A stretch of 64,000 nt of DNA from a virus: IMG/VR virus record IMGVR_UViG_3300032236_001802, positions 11,753 through 75,752 of that record; one strand, written 5' to 3'. Below the pieces are notes generated by a model. That model did no database searches and had not been told where the DNA came from. It saw only the letters and a list, made by a program, of their open reading frames with translations. This document shows, in pieces, positions 48,001 to 56,745 of the stretch. Made by a program: the position numbers and the translations under genes. Within the stretch, counting starts at the first letter, position 1. Each line of letters begins with the position of its first letter.

Positions 48001-51000
48001 TCTATCGCCGCCTGCTTGAGCAAGGTATTGAACTTTTGCAGTAGCGTAGCCGATTGATAAACCTGGTCGTTTTGGAGCTTCTGATAGGCGGTTACACCCG
48101 CCGCACCCGCTAGGCTGGCTTGCCGCCCTGCCATGCTGCCAACAACTCCCGCCACGCTACCAGCAACGGGCCCCGCCGCCCCCGCCGCTGTACTGGCAAT
48201 CGTGCCCCCGGCGATCGCGGCTGCATCTGGTAGCACCCGCCGCAGAGTCCCCGGCGATCGCAACGACTGCATTAAATCGGCAATCTGCTGGCGTTGATCT
48301 TCAAATGCATATTGCTGCTCAGGAACCTTAAGCCGCGCCTGGGTCGCTAAATTCCTAGCGCGTGAGATTTGGGACTTCGTATTGTTGATCTGATTCCCTG
48401 CGCGGGTTCCCATCTTGGCCTCAGCCCCTAAGCTGGCCGATAGGTCCGAGATCTCGGCAGTAGCGGTTTCTGCCATGTCCTGAATTGTGCGGATCAGTGC
48501 ATCCGCCAGTTGCAGATCACCTTTTTTGATCGCGGCCTTTAACCCTTGGTAACCTTCGCGAATCTGGGCAGAAATTTCCTTGGCCCGTGCAACTGCATCA
48601 TCTGCACTGACCTTGTAAGCGAAGGCGGCTTGCTCTACCTTAACTTGATCGGCTTGAATCTGCTTAACGGCTGCCGCCGGCGAGGGAACCGCATTACTTG
48701 AAACCGTTGCCGTGAGTGCTTTTAGTGGCTGTTGCGCCTCAACTAAAATCGGCTCTGCCTGCGGCGGCAGGGCAAGTTTGGGCTTGAATTCTACCGCGTT
48801 ACCCACCGCCCCCACCGCTGCCCCGGCCCCGGCCTGCAACATTTTACCGCCTAATACAACGGTACCAGCGTTAACGGCCATATCGCCGATCGCCCCTCCC
48901 GCCGCATGAATCGCCCCCGTGGTTGCAGTGGAAACGCCCTGGGCAATCCCCATAGCATGGGGGAACGCTTGCCCAATAAATCCAGCCGCCGAATTAGCCA
49001 GCCCACTAGTTCCGGCCTGCATCAACGGGTCGATACCAGCCCCGACCAACCCGTGCAACCCGTGCGCCATCGCGCCGCCTGCTGGGCCTAGGGCATGGGT
49101 GGCTAGGGTAAACCCAACCGCAGGCAGGGCAAGCTGCTGCAAGCCTCCCTTAATCGTGCGTCCCATGGGCATGATGTCCAGTGCCACCCCTTCCAACCCC
49201 TTGGCCAGTGCCAGCCCTGCCCGCGCCGCTGTACCAAGGGCATGGGCCACCCCCGCGCCCGCTTTGATTAATCCATTTGTGGCCTCATTGGAGCGCGTAG
49301 CTAGGGCGCTGGATTGCTGGGAATTGGCATACTCGCTGACCTTGCGAAAAACTGACTGTCCGGCACCGGCAACGCGCCCCGCCATGGCCCCGGCTCCGGC
49401 TGCGGCCTCCTGCAACTGCTCCCGCCGTCGTGCTGCGGCCTCCTGCCGTTGCAACTGTTCCGCCGCCCGCCGCCGCGATACGGTAAAAACTTCCTGACTC
49501 ATCCGATCCACATCAGGATAATTACCGATCGCGTCAACTAACTGCTTTTTATTTAGTTGATCTGCCCCCTCAACACCTAGATTCTGAGCGATCGGCAGTA
49601 GGTCTTTTTTGCGATTGAATGTCCCCGCCGCTTCCCGTGCGGTTTGCCGTAGGCGTTCCGGTTTTTCAGAGATTGCCTGCCCAAAGTCTTCATAAAGCTG
49701 GAACAGATCAGCGATCGCGCCCTTGAAGGCGGCTTGCAGCTTACCAATCTCTTGATCAATCTCTGCTACGGGTAACTGGCTAATGTCTGGGATTGCATCA
49801 AAGCTTCGAGAAAATTCTTTATTGATGTCTTCAATTTCAGCCAGCATCGCCGAAATTTCCTCATCAACATTAACCGTCGCCCCGGCAATCTTACCCTTCA
49901 GTGATTGCAGAATTTTCAGCCGTGCTTCGTTGTATTGATTTTGGATTTCCCCGCCGCCAACACCAGCCACGGTGTTAAATCGGGCGATCGCCTGCTTCTG
50001 TTCAACACTTGCCTTAATCGCGGCAGTGTTGCGTTCTGCGAACACGTAGGCGTCTGTTTCTGTTGCGCGATTGTAGTCAGCATTGCCGCCGACATTAGCT
50101 TTTACAGATCCTTCAATACGCCCACCTAGTTTTTTAGCTTCCTCAGCAGTTGCCTGCAATAGCTCAACACCCGTTTCAGTTCCATGTGCTAACTCCCCAA
50201 ATAGAGATTGCATCGCATGGCGCAATTCATGTACCAGTGTTTCAAATTCTTTATCACCAAGCTTGCCTTTGCTGATTTGCTCAATCACTTCAGGGCGCAC
50301 TCTGATTTCGTTGGCGGTTGAACTGTAAGAAGCGTGAGCCGTTTTGGGCATTTGATCATCGGCGATCAGTCGCGGAATGTCCGCACTGGTCATCGCAACT
50401 TTAGATGCTTTGGCCACATCTAAGGCGATTTGCTCGTAGATGTCTGTTATGTTATTAAATTGATAGCTACCCTGAGCCTGCGCGGCCTGCACAGTGCGCC
50501 CTGAGCGCGATGCAACGTCTACCGGAATCTTCAGTAAATCTTTGTTCCTCTCTACTGCGATGCCTCTTTGAAACGATCTATTAGCCTTATAAAATTCATC
50601 AATGCTCTGCTGTAACTCTGCCGAATCTTTGCTTAAAGACGTTTCGGCGATTCGATAGATACCCTTTAGCTCATTACTTAAATTTGAATAAGAATCAGCC
50701 AATGTCTTGATTTGACCACCGATCCGACTAACACCCTCTTGATCGCCCGCCGCTCCCGCCGCCTGAAGCTGTGGAAATAGCGCCTCTCTAGATTGTTGAT
50801 TAACAGCCATGCGATCGCGAATCTTACCCGCACCCAATCGCTCTGCCTCTGCTTCCATCTTGGATTGAAGCGTTTGAGATTGACTGGTGATGCGATCGCG
50901 CTCTATCTCTAATTGGCGTTGCTGCTGCTGCAACCGATCATAATTTTGCTTGAATTGCTTATTTTCTTCACGGGCCTGCTCCCCGGCATAGGTATCCCGT

Positions 51001-51800
51001 TTTTTGGCCTGCGCGGTCTGCTTACCTCTGGTCGCAAATCCTTCGCGGGTAATGTCGGCTTCCCCAATAACATCATTAATCGTCTGGGTTATGCCAGCAA
51101 GATCCGCGCCCATGGCGTTTAGCAATTCCTCGGCCAACCCTTGCCCCAGCTTGCGACCGACCAGGTTAAAGCTCCCGATTATGTCGCTCAATTCACCCTG
51201 AATTCCGTCTGACAAACCCTTACCCAAATCATGGGCGATGTTTTGCCCAAGTCCCAGCCCCACACCAGACACGATCGGGCCAAAGATAGCCCCAATCGCC
51301 TTAAATGGTGCGGTAATCGCTCCGGTTATCAGATTACCTTTCGGTTTAGCTGCAGCAAACCCGTTCTCGATGGCCTTGGATATTGCCTTGCTAACACCTT
51401 CAGAGTCAGTTTTAACCTGAACCTGCTGGGTTGTTTGCTGAGTTTGCTGAACGGTTTGGGCTGGCGTTGTCGTTTTAACGTTGACCTGAATATTCCGGTT
51501 TTGAAGCCGGTCAAGTTGCCTATTGAGATCCGTTAGTGCCTTGTCGTTGACCTTGGGGGTCAAGGGTTTGGAGTTCATCAGGCTTTGAACTCTGCCCCAG
51601 TGCTGCTCCTTACTGGTAAGGTGACGATTCAGATTAGTTAAAGCCGAATCGTCAACCCGTACCGTATTCCCCCGTCCTAGCGATCGCTCAATCAGTCCCC
51701 CGATCCTGACGGCATCCGTTCGGGCTTTCTCCAAGGTCCGGTTATAGTCCGTTGGATTGAGCTTCAAGTCTAGGATGAGTTGACCGAGGGATAGTGCCAT
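42036..51800 (-). CDS. tape measure protein with embedded enzymatic domains
   Basis: MALSLGQL start; tape-measure domain ALSQLASKGVVSMEELRQQLGDSLPGA; C-terminal FADGGIV...ATLTPGEMVLT...RQQRPNGRL. Confidence 0.95.
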   Translation of the reverse strand: MALSLGQLILDLKLNPTDYNRTLEKARTDAVRIGGLIERSLGRGNTVRVDDSALTNLNRHLTSKEQHWGRVQSLMNSKPLTPKVNDKALTDLNRQLDRLQNRNIQVNVKTTTPAQTVQQTQQTTQQVQVKTDSEGVSKAISKAIENGFAAAKPKGNLITGAITAPFKAIGAIFGPIVSGVGLGLGQNIAHDLGKGLSDGIQGELSDIIGSFNLVGRKLGQGLAEELLNAMGADLAGITQTINDVIGEADITREGFATRGKQTAQAKKRDTYAGEQAREENKQFKQNYDRLQQQQRQLEIERDRITSQSQTLQSKMEAEAERLGAGKIRDRMAVNQQSREALFPQLQAAGAAGDQEGVSRIGGQIKTLADSYSNLSNELKGIYRIAETSLSKDSAELQQSIDEFYKANRSFQRGIAVERNKDLLKIPVDVASRSGRTVQAAQAQGSYQFNNITDIYEQIALDVAKASKVAMTSADIPRLIADDQMPKTAHASYSSTANEIRVRPEVIEQISKGKLGDKEFETLVHELRHAMQSLFGELAHGTETGVELLQATAEEAKKLGGRIEGSVKANVGGNADYNRATETDAYVFAERNTAAIKASVEQKQAIARFNTVAGVGGGEIQNQYNEARLKILQSLKGKIAGATVNVDEEISAMLAEIEDINKEFSRSFDAIPDISQLPVAEIDQEIGKLQAAFKGAIADLFQLYEDFGQAISEKPERLRQTAREAAGTFNRKKDLLPIAQNLGVEGADQLNKKQLVDAIGNYPDVDRMSQEVFTVSRRRAAEQLQRQEAAARRREQLQEAAAGAGAMAGRVAGAGQSVFRKVSEYANSQQSSALATRSNEATNGLIKAGAGVAHALGTAARAGLALAKGLEGVALDIMPMGRTIKGGLQQLALPAVGFTLATHALGPAGGAMAHGLHGLVGAGIDPLMQAGTSGLANSAAGFIGQAFPHAMGIAQGVSTATTGAIHAAGGAIGDMAVNAGTVVLGGKMLQAGAGAAVGAVGNAVEFKPKLALPPQAEPILVEAQQPLKALTATVSSNAVPSPAAAVKQIQADQVKVEQAAFAYKVSADDAVARAKEISAQIREGYQGLKAAIKKGDLQLADALIRTIQDMAETATAEISDLSASLGAEAKMGTRAGNQINNTKSQISRARNLATQARLKVPEQQYAFEDQRQQIADLMQSLRSPGTLRRVLPDAAAIAGGTIASTAAGAAGPVAGSVAGVVGSMAGRQASLAGAAGVTAYQKLQNDQVYQSATLLQKFNTLLKQAAIELQALESEMGNGLTGDVAGSAIAMAVDQILNSISPVLAAVPGKGAAAAAAIAPRIVEARQQFSSGETRQYSSMGLQEQVNQVLAEFSGLDSAAQDVQFAFGGIDEAISSAVNRIRELNAKPDPEAEAKAYQAEASFGKNYNRFERAESNVNQRFNQSVNLPDMNQPESIAARIKRLVAAGGFIDMAKERIQSMIGTFMKIPGAFGLAMSSLLGLGGAAVIVPILQQIGEACKQAALDMDRFNRTITFTSGGASRGAEVMASLRSEAKRLGTDLRASIEGYAQFSASTKDTSLEGDQSLSIFKNVSQATANYQLSPERQKLVFEALSQLASKGVVSMEELRQQLGDSLPGALNIAARSMGMTTSEFSKMVERGEVLSSEFLPKFAQQLGAESSVGVAAASKSAQASLNRLNNVIFELQATMGQFILQLNKIGADVAVGGIELLIGVLSILLKTLPAVALMFAGKFLASFAAAGTLLPSLSKAFGSLMAMIAKFAPIIGAFLAKFMIVQTVIDMLGMVGKSLSDQGGQFREFATAAQSGLKDYTSALIEARVAQRDFMDSMPKNASGLKGDSLLEGTFLGGVAGFIGGEGAKKAIGNMERGVQGLFGGRTFAQNQADDRSIAMDDLAGSRMEMHYRVTQQLKGAQSQLNQVKDIDRQIQEIQGRRRGLAVTNPNDKEGARALKSQEDALLGKREALVKPVAALQQANAAEIETYKNAIKSLGDLAQEGKITQDEYNVRLVQFQTALAGAQKDQEALTQAMASSVNGLAAFERAWAGIVDKLEDATSALEKTGNVTRKAIAESELAGGSQGESARRTELLQQDQLAEKIKLNRQAIAQMRSEMNVQDIATIQKNYNITNQTGTAELKTLSDRATGPRDKALLAKLADLQQLEGQVSGFEADLAEAQVSAMRRMRDLAKQVEEFYQGIQRQAQEAALSSKEIRNQIANANAKNRLKSALKGFQDNYISEFVDSLIGLIDSLSQPFEQAIAAQREIMGKQQQLQDTLKQATELGGQLPTGAEGSSSASGITGVTSKNFAGKVVMQRTGIKDEYGLENLKLVVFDRSGKAVSEHTVNSGQATTQNQFGKGGTTRSGSMAPVEYGTYNIGAPIASGLPGVGKTFIGVNPTFNTERSAIGFHTDANRATAPGSAGCIVFKTEADFNRFQAELRKSGASQFQFLDGNQLTKQIAQAGNTINPTKGFTSLPRVQTGGSIIPKGVNPKQRAYAAIIEAEGRKAGLKDNQIAAMMASAMQESTLGMAKDEVGGYGGKGLFQLTDEPGRPGTWIGKGGIKSVKDYYDPAKNTRAIMTDYQFAEWKKRSQNQSVADASTSFARMVLRPYEVGSKYANKARMLFPDGQISRGAPSQPLQGRLGDAASLADQTSRQEIADIEARARAMGAGARLDAARAARKAERQLQVAGRDQSRSTRSLMEQFGDMRSQIGESTPDKQFQQELTQAEREYREFREKVSDESEKVKSALADALSIRDTLKGEGLPDELKKFVPELDKQISLLQDQNAKLDALSGNIDDEALKRLTDIRQKYEQANAARKFAFEQELGGKQIEVLRAEAQQAQNQAQRPGTTRDQRFELQQRALQLGFQADQRNAQNQIAQLGMALDEQVRKGERTTEQAAALRAEYERLSQIDLSNLQSQLEAQTEELRKQQSEMKWQEDSKVFESRMSINDAKGNYARTMGFEYQANQYEKEGAIARENYSLQQGMREIDQWAKDVGAAPDIVAQLRNNLTELNAVNLQNINAQFNPMTEALKGVKGAFQGFLGDVITGNESIEDAFSKMIDNVLNSLANLAAQLITEQLFGNLFGMGGGGGGGLFGGGGGGGGIGGLLGGLFGFADGGIVPGHPGHQRLRDRPDEIGYALRREGPDSVLATLTPGEMVLTRSQTRSYLAMQSRAGYALGAAHKGDRIQRFSEGGIVRGNFPIAVPSGGSIGGTSVSVPIQINAGSSQEKPSINMPKLRDAVRASVLEELRRQQRPNGRLNQ

Positions 51801-52096
51801 TAGAATTCCGGCGTTTTTAGAGTTGCGGGTTCATATCGATATTTTTCAGCCCACTCAATGAGAGTTTTTGCCGCCGCCTGCCCTGGCCTAAGAGGTTGCA
51901 TGGGCTGCCCCCATTGGGGCAGTTTTACAGCGGTCCAAAGGTCTGCGGGTAGAACGATAGACACATCGCCGCAGGGCAACGATAAACCCGCATAGAACCA
52001 GCCGTCTGGGGCTTGGGTGCCTCCTGTATCCCGATAGGATTTCCACCCCGTGGAGGGTGGTAGTAGATTGCACAGAGCAATAAACAGAGCATTCAA
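51800..52096 (-). CDS. hypothetical protein
   Basis: GWKS...GWFYAGLSLPCG-VS; stop overlaps the tape measure start. Confidence 0.6.
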   Translation of the reverse strand: MNALFIALCNLLPPSTGWKSYRDTGGTQAPDGWFYAGLSLPCGDVSIVLPADLWTAVKLPQWGQPMQPLRPGQAAAKTLIEWAEKYRYEPATLKTPEF

Positions 52097-52152
52097 AAAG
52101 TCATCTCGATCCGGAAAGGTTGGTTCTAGCGCGATCGCTTCATCGATTTCGG

Positions 52153-52596
52153 TTATAGCTGCTTTTTGGCCTCCTTAAGAAAATCAGATAGTTGCCCCAG
52201 GAACTCTTGAGGGATTTTGCCCTCACGCTCCAACTGAATCAGAATCTTGCCAGTCTTGCGGCTAATCCTGCGATCGCTGTTGTCGGTGGCCTCAGCCGGG
52301 AACGGTAACAGATCCCTTGGATCGATTGAAACATTCTCACCACCCAGCATGGAAATGACAGCGGCCCAGCCCTGGGCATTGGTATCGCTAAGGCTATTGG
52401 CCCGCTGCCGTTCAATCCGTTCGCAATTTTCCAGGCAATCTAGGATCAGCCAGTCTACTTGTTCCCCGAATTGATCGGGACCAAACCGAGGGTCGGTGAT
52501 GGCAAGCCGCTGAATTCTCCAGTAGAGATTTCCCCAGTCGATAGGGTCTTTTGCAAGGTACTCTCCGAGCTGGGCAAGCTCGTCATCGAGTTTCCC
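52153..52596 (-). CDS. -1 frameshift extension (gpT-like part) of the tail assembly chaperone
   Basis: The frame is open from the slippery GGGAAAC (52596-52590): KLDDELAQLGEYLAKDPIDWGNLYWRIQ...DLLPFP...KKQL*. Confidence 0.8.
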   Translation of the reverse strand, partial: GKLDDELAQLGEYLAKDPIDWGNLYWRIQRLAITDPRFGPDQFGEQVDWLILDCLENCERIERQRANSLSDTNAQGWAAVISMLGGENVSIDPRDLLPFPAEATDNSDRRISRKTGKILIQLEREGKIPQEFLGQLSDFLKEAKKQL

Positions 52597-53615
52597 TCCT
52601 GTGCAGGAGACGTTTCAACCCCGCTCACTTCACGCTGATAGAACTCAAAGATTGATTGAATTTGCTGCTCGGTAAGATAAGTCTTGGTGTCATCAATCGT
52701 CCAAGCTTCATCCCCGATCTTCTCCTTCCCCGAAATATCGAGCAAGAATCCGACTGAGTTGGCGGGCAACTTCTGCCCCAACGCCTTGATCGGTAGAATC
52801 TCCGAATCAAATGAAACTTCACCAGAAACTTCAATCGTGCAATCTCCAAAGCGGATAGTGTTACCCGCGCAGACTGGGAAGCGGATTGGCTCAATTTCTA
52901 ACTGAACGGCTTTAGCCTTGCCCTCTGCGGTTAACACAACCGGGTAAGCTAACCGTTTTTGGATAAACAGTGTCGCGGCCATGATCGCCGTGTTCCGCCC
53001 ATCTTCCTGCAAACTCAGAAGCTTTGACGTCTGGTCTGCCGACAGGTAATCGTACAGATCGACCTCTTCTACTACCTCGACATCCGGTCTAAGCAAGGCT
53101 TCATAGATCAGCTTCTTAGCTTCCTGAGTACTCCGTTCTGGACTTGCAGCCAGGGCGATCGCCTGCTCAATTGCTGCATTAAAGGCCGCCGCTTTCTCTG
53201 CATCCAAGTACTTAGCGAAGGCGGTTCGCGCTCTGTTGGGAATCAACTTTTCACGGGCATGCTTTGGATCACAGTCCTCTTTTAGGATGCACGCCTGAAC
53301 AGCGTCAACCATAAAGAGTTCTAGCGCTTCGGCCAGCTCAATGGGGACCAGTTCATAAAGAGAAATCCGAGGGGTCGGGAATACCCGCTCACGGGCTTCT
53401 TTCTGGCTAATCCCTTCTTTCTCCGCGCACCCCTTAACCGCCTGCATGAGGATCATGGTCACCTCTGCCTGCCGCCGTGTGGCCTCTTGCAGATCTACCG
53501 GACTTTCATTGGGAGTAATCCCGCCCCGCTTCAAAAGGTAAATAACGCCTGAATCGGCTGTACCCACGGGAACGATTTCAAGCTTTTTGCTAACCGAAAA
53601 CGGTGACTTTTTCAC
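52455..53615 (-). CDS. tail assembly chaperone (gpG-like, unusually long)
   Basis: Lies between tail tube and tape measure genes; carries an in-frame G GGA AAC near its end. Confidence 0.75.
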   Translation of the reverse strand: MKKSPFSVSKKLEIVPVGTADSGVIYLLKRGGITPNESPVDLQEATRRQAEVTMILMQAVKGCAEKEGISQKEARERVFPTPRISLYELVPIELAEALELFMVDAVQACILKEDCDPKHAREKLIPNRARTAFAKYLDAEKAAAFNAAIEQAIALAASPERSTQEAKKLIYEALLRPDVEVVEEVDLYDYLSADQTSKLLSLQEDGRNTAIMAATLFIQKRLAYPVVLTAEGKAKAVQLEIEPIRFPVCAGNTIRFGDCTIEVSGEVSFDSEILPIKALGQKLPANSVGFLLDISGKEKIGDEAWTIDDTKTYLTEQQIQSIFEFYQREVSGVETSPAQEGNSMTSLPSSESTLQKTLSTGEISTGEFSGLPSPTLGLVPINSGNK

Positions 53616-53872
53616 GCTAAGACCTCAATTTCTAGGGAATCTAGAGGATCATGAAACCACATTTTTGAAGGTTGGTCTTGCAGATCTTCGGGAACTTGGA
53701 CGCGGCAAACAGAAATTCCTGTATCCACATCGAAAAGAGCGATCGGGAACCTTGGCAAGTGCGCCCCAAAAAATGCCAAACCGCAGACTAGATCAGAAGC
53801 CCCGATCTGGGCATTGAAAAAAACAATCTGCCATCCCTTGCTATGCAAACACCGATACATCCAGCCCCCCAA
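53612..53872 (-). CDS. hypothetical protein
   Basis: Overlaps the chaperone start; start codon uncertain. Confidence 0.4.
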   Translation of the reverse strand: MGGWMYRCLHSKGWQIVFFNAQIGASDLVCGLAFFGAHLPRFPIALFDVDTGISVCRVQVPEDLQDQPSKMWFHDPLDSLEIEVLA

Positions 53873-53888
53873 AAACTAACCAAAGGTT

Positions 53889-53924
53889 GCTTCTCACCCG
53901 TTAAGTACTTAACGGGTGAGAAGC
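53889..53924. repeat. TTCTCACCC-N14-GGGTGAGAA palindrome, copy 4
   Basis: gcttctcacccgttaagt|acttaacgggtgagaagc is a perfect 36-bp palindrome after the tail tube gene. Confidence 0.85.
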
Positions 53925-53936
53925 GTTAAACGAGTC

Positions 53937-54698
53937 CTAGGCGGCAATCACGGCCTTAGTGTAGTCGTAGCACTCACCCTGTACCTGCCATTCCAGGGTA
54001 AAGGAGCGCTTAGCCTGTACGGCCCCGGTTGGAGTGCCGGTCATCAATAGGCAGTATCCCTCATGGCGCTCACCAGAGGGGAACACGACATCTAGATAAG
54101 CTTCCCGACCTGAATCGTTGTACCCATAGAGCATGTCTAGAATGATGTCGTGAGAGCGGCTGTTGTAAACCAGATCAATCTCCATATTGATCTTTTTACT
54201 GTTTCCAGTGTTGACCATTTCCATGCCCTTGCCGCTCAGGTAGTTGGTGGTGTCTTCATTTTTGAGCGTAGGCGTGATGATTGCGGATCTGCATCCTTCA
54301 ATGAACAGAAGAGCCTTTGTCCGGGCCACTGCCGCCGCCGCGATCGCAGCGGAAACAGGCAGGCAATCCACAAGCGCCGCCGTCCCGGTTACGGTAACCG
54401 ATTCAGCCAGAACCACTTTTACTCGCGTTGAACCCGTGCCGGGGAAGTCCAAGACGGTACCCACGTCTAGAAATACACTGGTGACCGGGCTGGTTGCCGG
54501 TGGGATAGTGGGTGGGTTGATCAGCTCAAGGCTGATCTGTTCTGCCCCTGCCGCGACGGCCAAGGTTTCAAGCTGATAATCCGGCAGGGTGTGCTGAGAG
54601 ATCAACACATCCCCGATGGGGACCACGGGAGCCTTTTGGATAGCTGCGGTAATTCCGAGAGTGGTCTGATAAGCGACTGAGCGACAAATTTTAGGCAT
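53937..54698 (-). CDS. major tail (tube) protein
   Basis: Position; EDTTNY-SG-G-E, VVFPSGE--EG, FTLEWQVQG; AGGAG RBS. Confidence 0.75.
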   Translation of the reverse strand: MPKICRSVAYQTTLGITAAIQKAPVVPIGDVLISQHTLPDYQLETLAVAAGAEQISLELINPPTIPPATSPVTSVFLDVGTVLDFPGTGSTRVKVVLAESVTVTGTAALVDCLPVSAAIAAAAVARTKALLFIEGCRSAIITPTLKNEDTTNYLSGKGMEMVNTGNSKKINMEIDLVYNSRSHDIILDMLYGYNDSGREAYLDVVFPSGERHEGYCLLMTGTPTGAVQAKRSFTLEWQVQGECYDYTKAVIAA

Positions 54699-54709
54699 TG
54701 AATTGACTC

Positions 54710-55120
54710 CTATTGGACGTAAGTATTTCGCAAAGCATAGAACCGACACAGAAACAGAACTTGAACTGGATCGCCATCGGCGTAGGGAACCTCCCGCTCA
54801 CGCTGATTCGGAAATAGTTCCCGAACCCGTTGGCAGGCATCATCCAGAACGGCCAAACCTGCTTGGGTGCGATCGTTTTGGATCAACCGACAAACCCAGT
54901 CAAATTCAACCTGGGCCTGATCATTTAGAATCCCTACCTGAGTTGATCCAGAGGGCGATCGCTCAATCAGGCAGAGCAGACCTTTAACCCCAGAAGGTAC
55001 ATCCCCGGCATCTTCCCAAATCGCCAAAGTTCCATTCGGGAACGTACCCAGCAAATCAGAGAGTTCCAGTTGCAGAGCACGGGCGAATTCAAATCGGCTC
55101 ATTGAGATGAACGCCATCAC
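54710..55120 (-). CDS. tail terminator-like protein
   Basis: Position and size. Confidence 0.55.
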   Translation of the reverse strand: MMAFISMSRFEFARALQLELSDLLGTFPNGTLAIWEDAGDVPSGVKGLLCLIERSPSGSTQVGILNDQAQVEFDWVCRLIQNDRTQAGLAVLDDACQRVRELFPNQREREVPYADGDPVQVLFLCRFYALRNTYVQ

Positions 55121-55497
55121 GGGATTTCCTCGGATAGGGTGTAGGACTGAGATGCCAGCAGCTCGCCCGTATCAACAATGTCGCGGGGTGATCCAACAAT
55201 CTGCCCGTTACGGCGTCGGGTTACCCGTGGCCAAAGCCATTGGGGCGACTGGATCGACAGCTTGAATGCCGCGTCCACATCTGCGGCCATTAGGGCGAAC
55301 GCGGCAACGATGTCCTGTGTTTGTTGGAACCGCTGAGCCAATAATGGGACTGGCGGGAAATCCGCGATCGCGGCATCGGTCCATCGTCGTGCCGGTGTGT
55401 TGAACGTGCCCTCATGGGCAAAAGCTGCATGGTCAGCACTCCAAAGAAAGGTACAAACTTGCGTGGGGATTGTATTAGCATTCCATCTCAACTCCAT
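55117..55497 (-). CDS. tail completion / neck protein
   Basis: HAAFAHEG...PARRWTD; SPRDIVDTGELLAS. Confidence 0.65.
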   Translation of the reverse strand: MELRWNANTIPTQVCTFLWSADHAAFAHEGTFNTPARRWTDAAIADFPPVPLLAQRFQQTQDIVAAFALMAADVDAAFKLSIQSPQWLWPRVTRRRNGQIVGSPRDIVDTGELLASQSYTLSEEIP

Positions 55498-55910
55498 ATA
55501 GTTTCCCCAGCCGCTTCAGTCGTAAGAATCCCTTCAAACTTGGTCCCTAGTGCTTCAGTTACGGCGGTAAAAGGGGATTGCACCAATGCAGTGATCTGGA
55601 AATCGCCTTTAAGGACGGTTCCGGAAACGCGATCAGTGATCTCGCATTTAGCCCGATGCCCGATTTGGATCTGCACTGGCCACAGGAACGGCTCGATTGC
55701 CCGACCCTTCATTTTTTGACGGATTTGATTGGAGCCAGGGATTTGGGCGATCGTTGCTTCTTTGTTATCCGCCGAGAGCATGACCTGTAGTGTCATGCTG
55801 CCCGTGATAGGAACCTGATTGATGCTATTGGGTATCTCCACAAAGCCCGCCGTTGCTGTGGAAAATTCTAGGGTTGCATTGCCAAAATCGGAAAATGGGG
55901 AATCGCTCAT
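55488..55910 (-). CDS. head closure-like protein
   Basis: Position, beta-rich. Confidence 0.5.
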   Translation of the reverse strand: MSDSPFSDFGNATLEFSTATAGFVEIPNSINQVPITGSMTLQVMLSADNKEATIAQIPGSNQIRQKMKGRAIEPFLWPVQIQIGHRAKCEITDRVSGTVLKGDFQITALVQSPFTAVTEALGTKFEGILTTEAAGETIWS

Positions 55911-56317
55911 AGAACCCCCCTTGGTTGATACCGCCGCAGAAAGAGGACTGCCCCATCACGCGCCGCTTCCAGTTGCTTAAGCGATGGCGGTTCAAGACTG
56001 AGTAACGCGGTTTCAAAACCTGCTTGCACCGCTAACGCTTGATCTAAGGAGGATTGCAAGTCCAGGAGAGACGCGATCGGTATGGCCTGCCCGGTGAATT
56101 TAACGCCATCGCCCTCCTTAACAGTTTGGTCCCGGCGTGATTGTTGCAGAAACCGCGCCGCCACGTAGAATGGGCGATAAACGATCTGCCCATCCGGGGA
56201 AGTGCCGTAGCTCATCGACAGCAATTCTTGCAAGTAGGGGCGATCGCTTGCTTTAGCCGCAGAACGTTCTACAGCCCGGTCTAGTGCTTCGTTTAGATCC
56301 GTGTAAAGCATGGTCAC
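55907..56317 (-). CDS. head-tail connector-like protein
   Basis: YRPFYVAARFL; position. Confidence 0.55.
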   Translation of the reverse strand: MTMLYTDLNEALDRAVERSAAKASDRPYLQELLSMSYGTSPDGQIVYRPFYVAARFLQQSRRDQTVKEGDGVKFTGQAIPIASLLDLQSSLDQALAVQAGFETALLSLEPPSLKQLEAARDGAVLFLRRYQPRGVL

Positions 56318-56745
56318 CGCGATTGATAGAGTAAAAATGCCGCAACTGCTGCCTTAATTGCCTGCACTTCATCTGTGTTTTCGTTTGCAAAATCGAATCC
56401 GGACCAGTAGACAACCCGGAACCATCTTGGATACTGGCTTGAATTAAAAGCCAGAACCCCATCAGAATTGATCGCAAACTCTGACGAGGGTAATGGAATC
56501 TCGGAATCGTTTTGCTTGGTGAAGACCTGGATCGGGCGATCGGCGCGAACTGGCCAGTGGGCCAAAAACACCGACCGCGCCCGCCCTTGCACCTCATAAA
56601 CTTCGCTGTATTGCGTGAGTTCCAGCGATCGCCCAATAGCAGCTTCTGCACTATTTTGAGCCGCCCGCAGCGCTCCCAAAAGGGTGCTACCTGTTAGCTC
56701 AATAGTGGGGAAATACCGTAGGCGATCGCTGGCAGAGAGGATCAT
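56314..56745 (-). CDS. head-tail adaptor-like protein
   Basis: AEAAIGRSL...L-HWPV...RVVY-SGF...AIKAAV. Confidence 0.65.
   Translation of the reverse strand: MILSASDRLRYFPTIELTGSTLLGALRAAQNSAEAAIGRSLELTQYSEVYEVQGRARSVFLAHWPVRADRPIQVFTKQNDSEIPLPSSEFAINSDGVLAFNSSQYPRWFRVVYWSGFDFANENTDEVQAIKAAVAAFLLYQSR

Noticed and set aside
42365-51536. Many antisense and alternate-frame ORFs within the tape measure gene (similar ones occur in J, capsid and dnaB)
   Set aside because: Shadow ORFs of long coding sequences, with no recognisable motifs.
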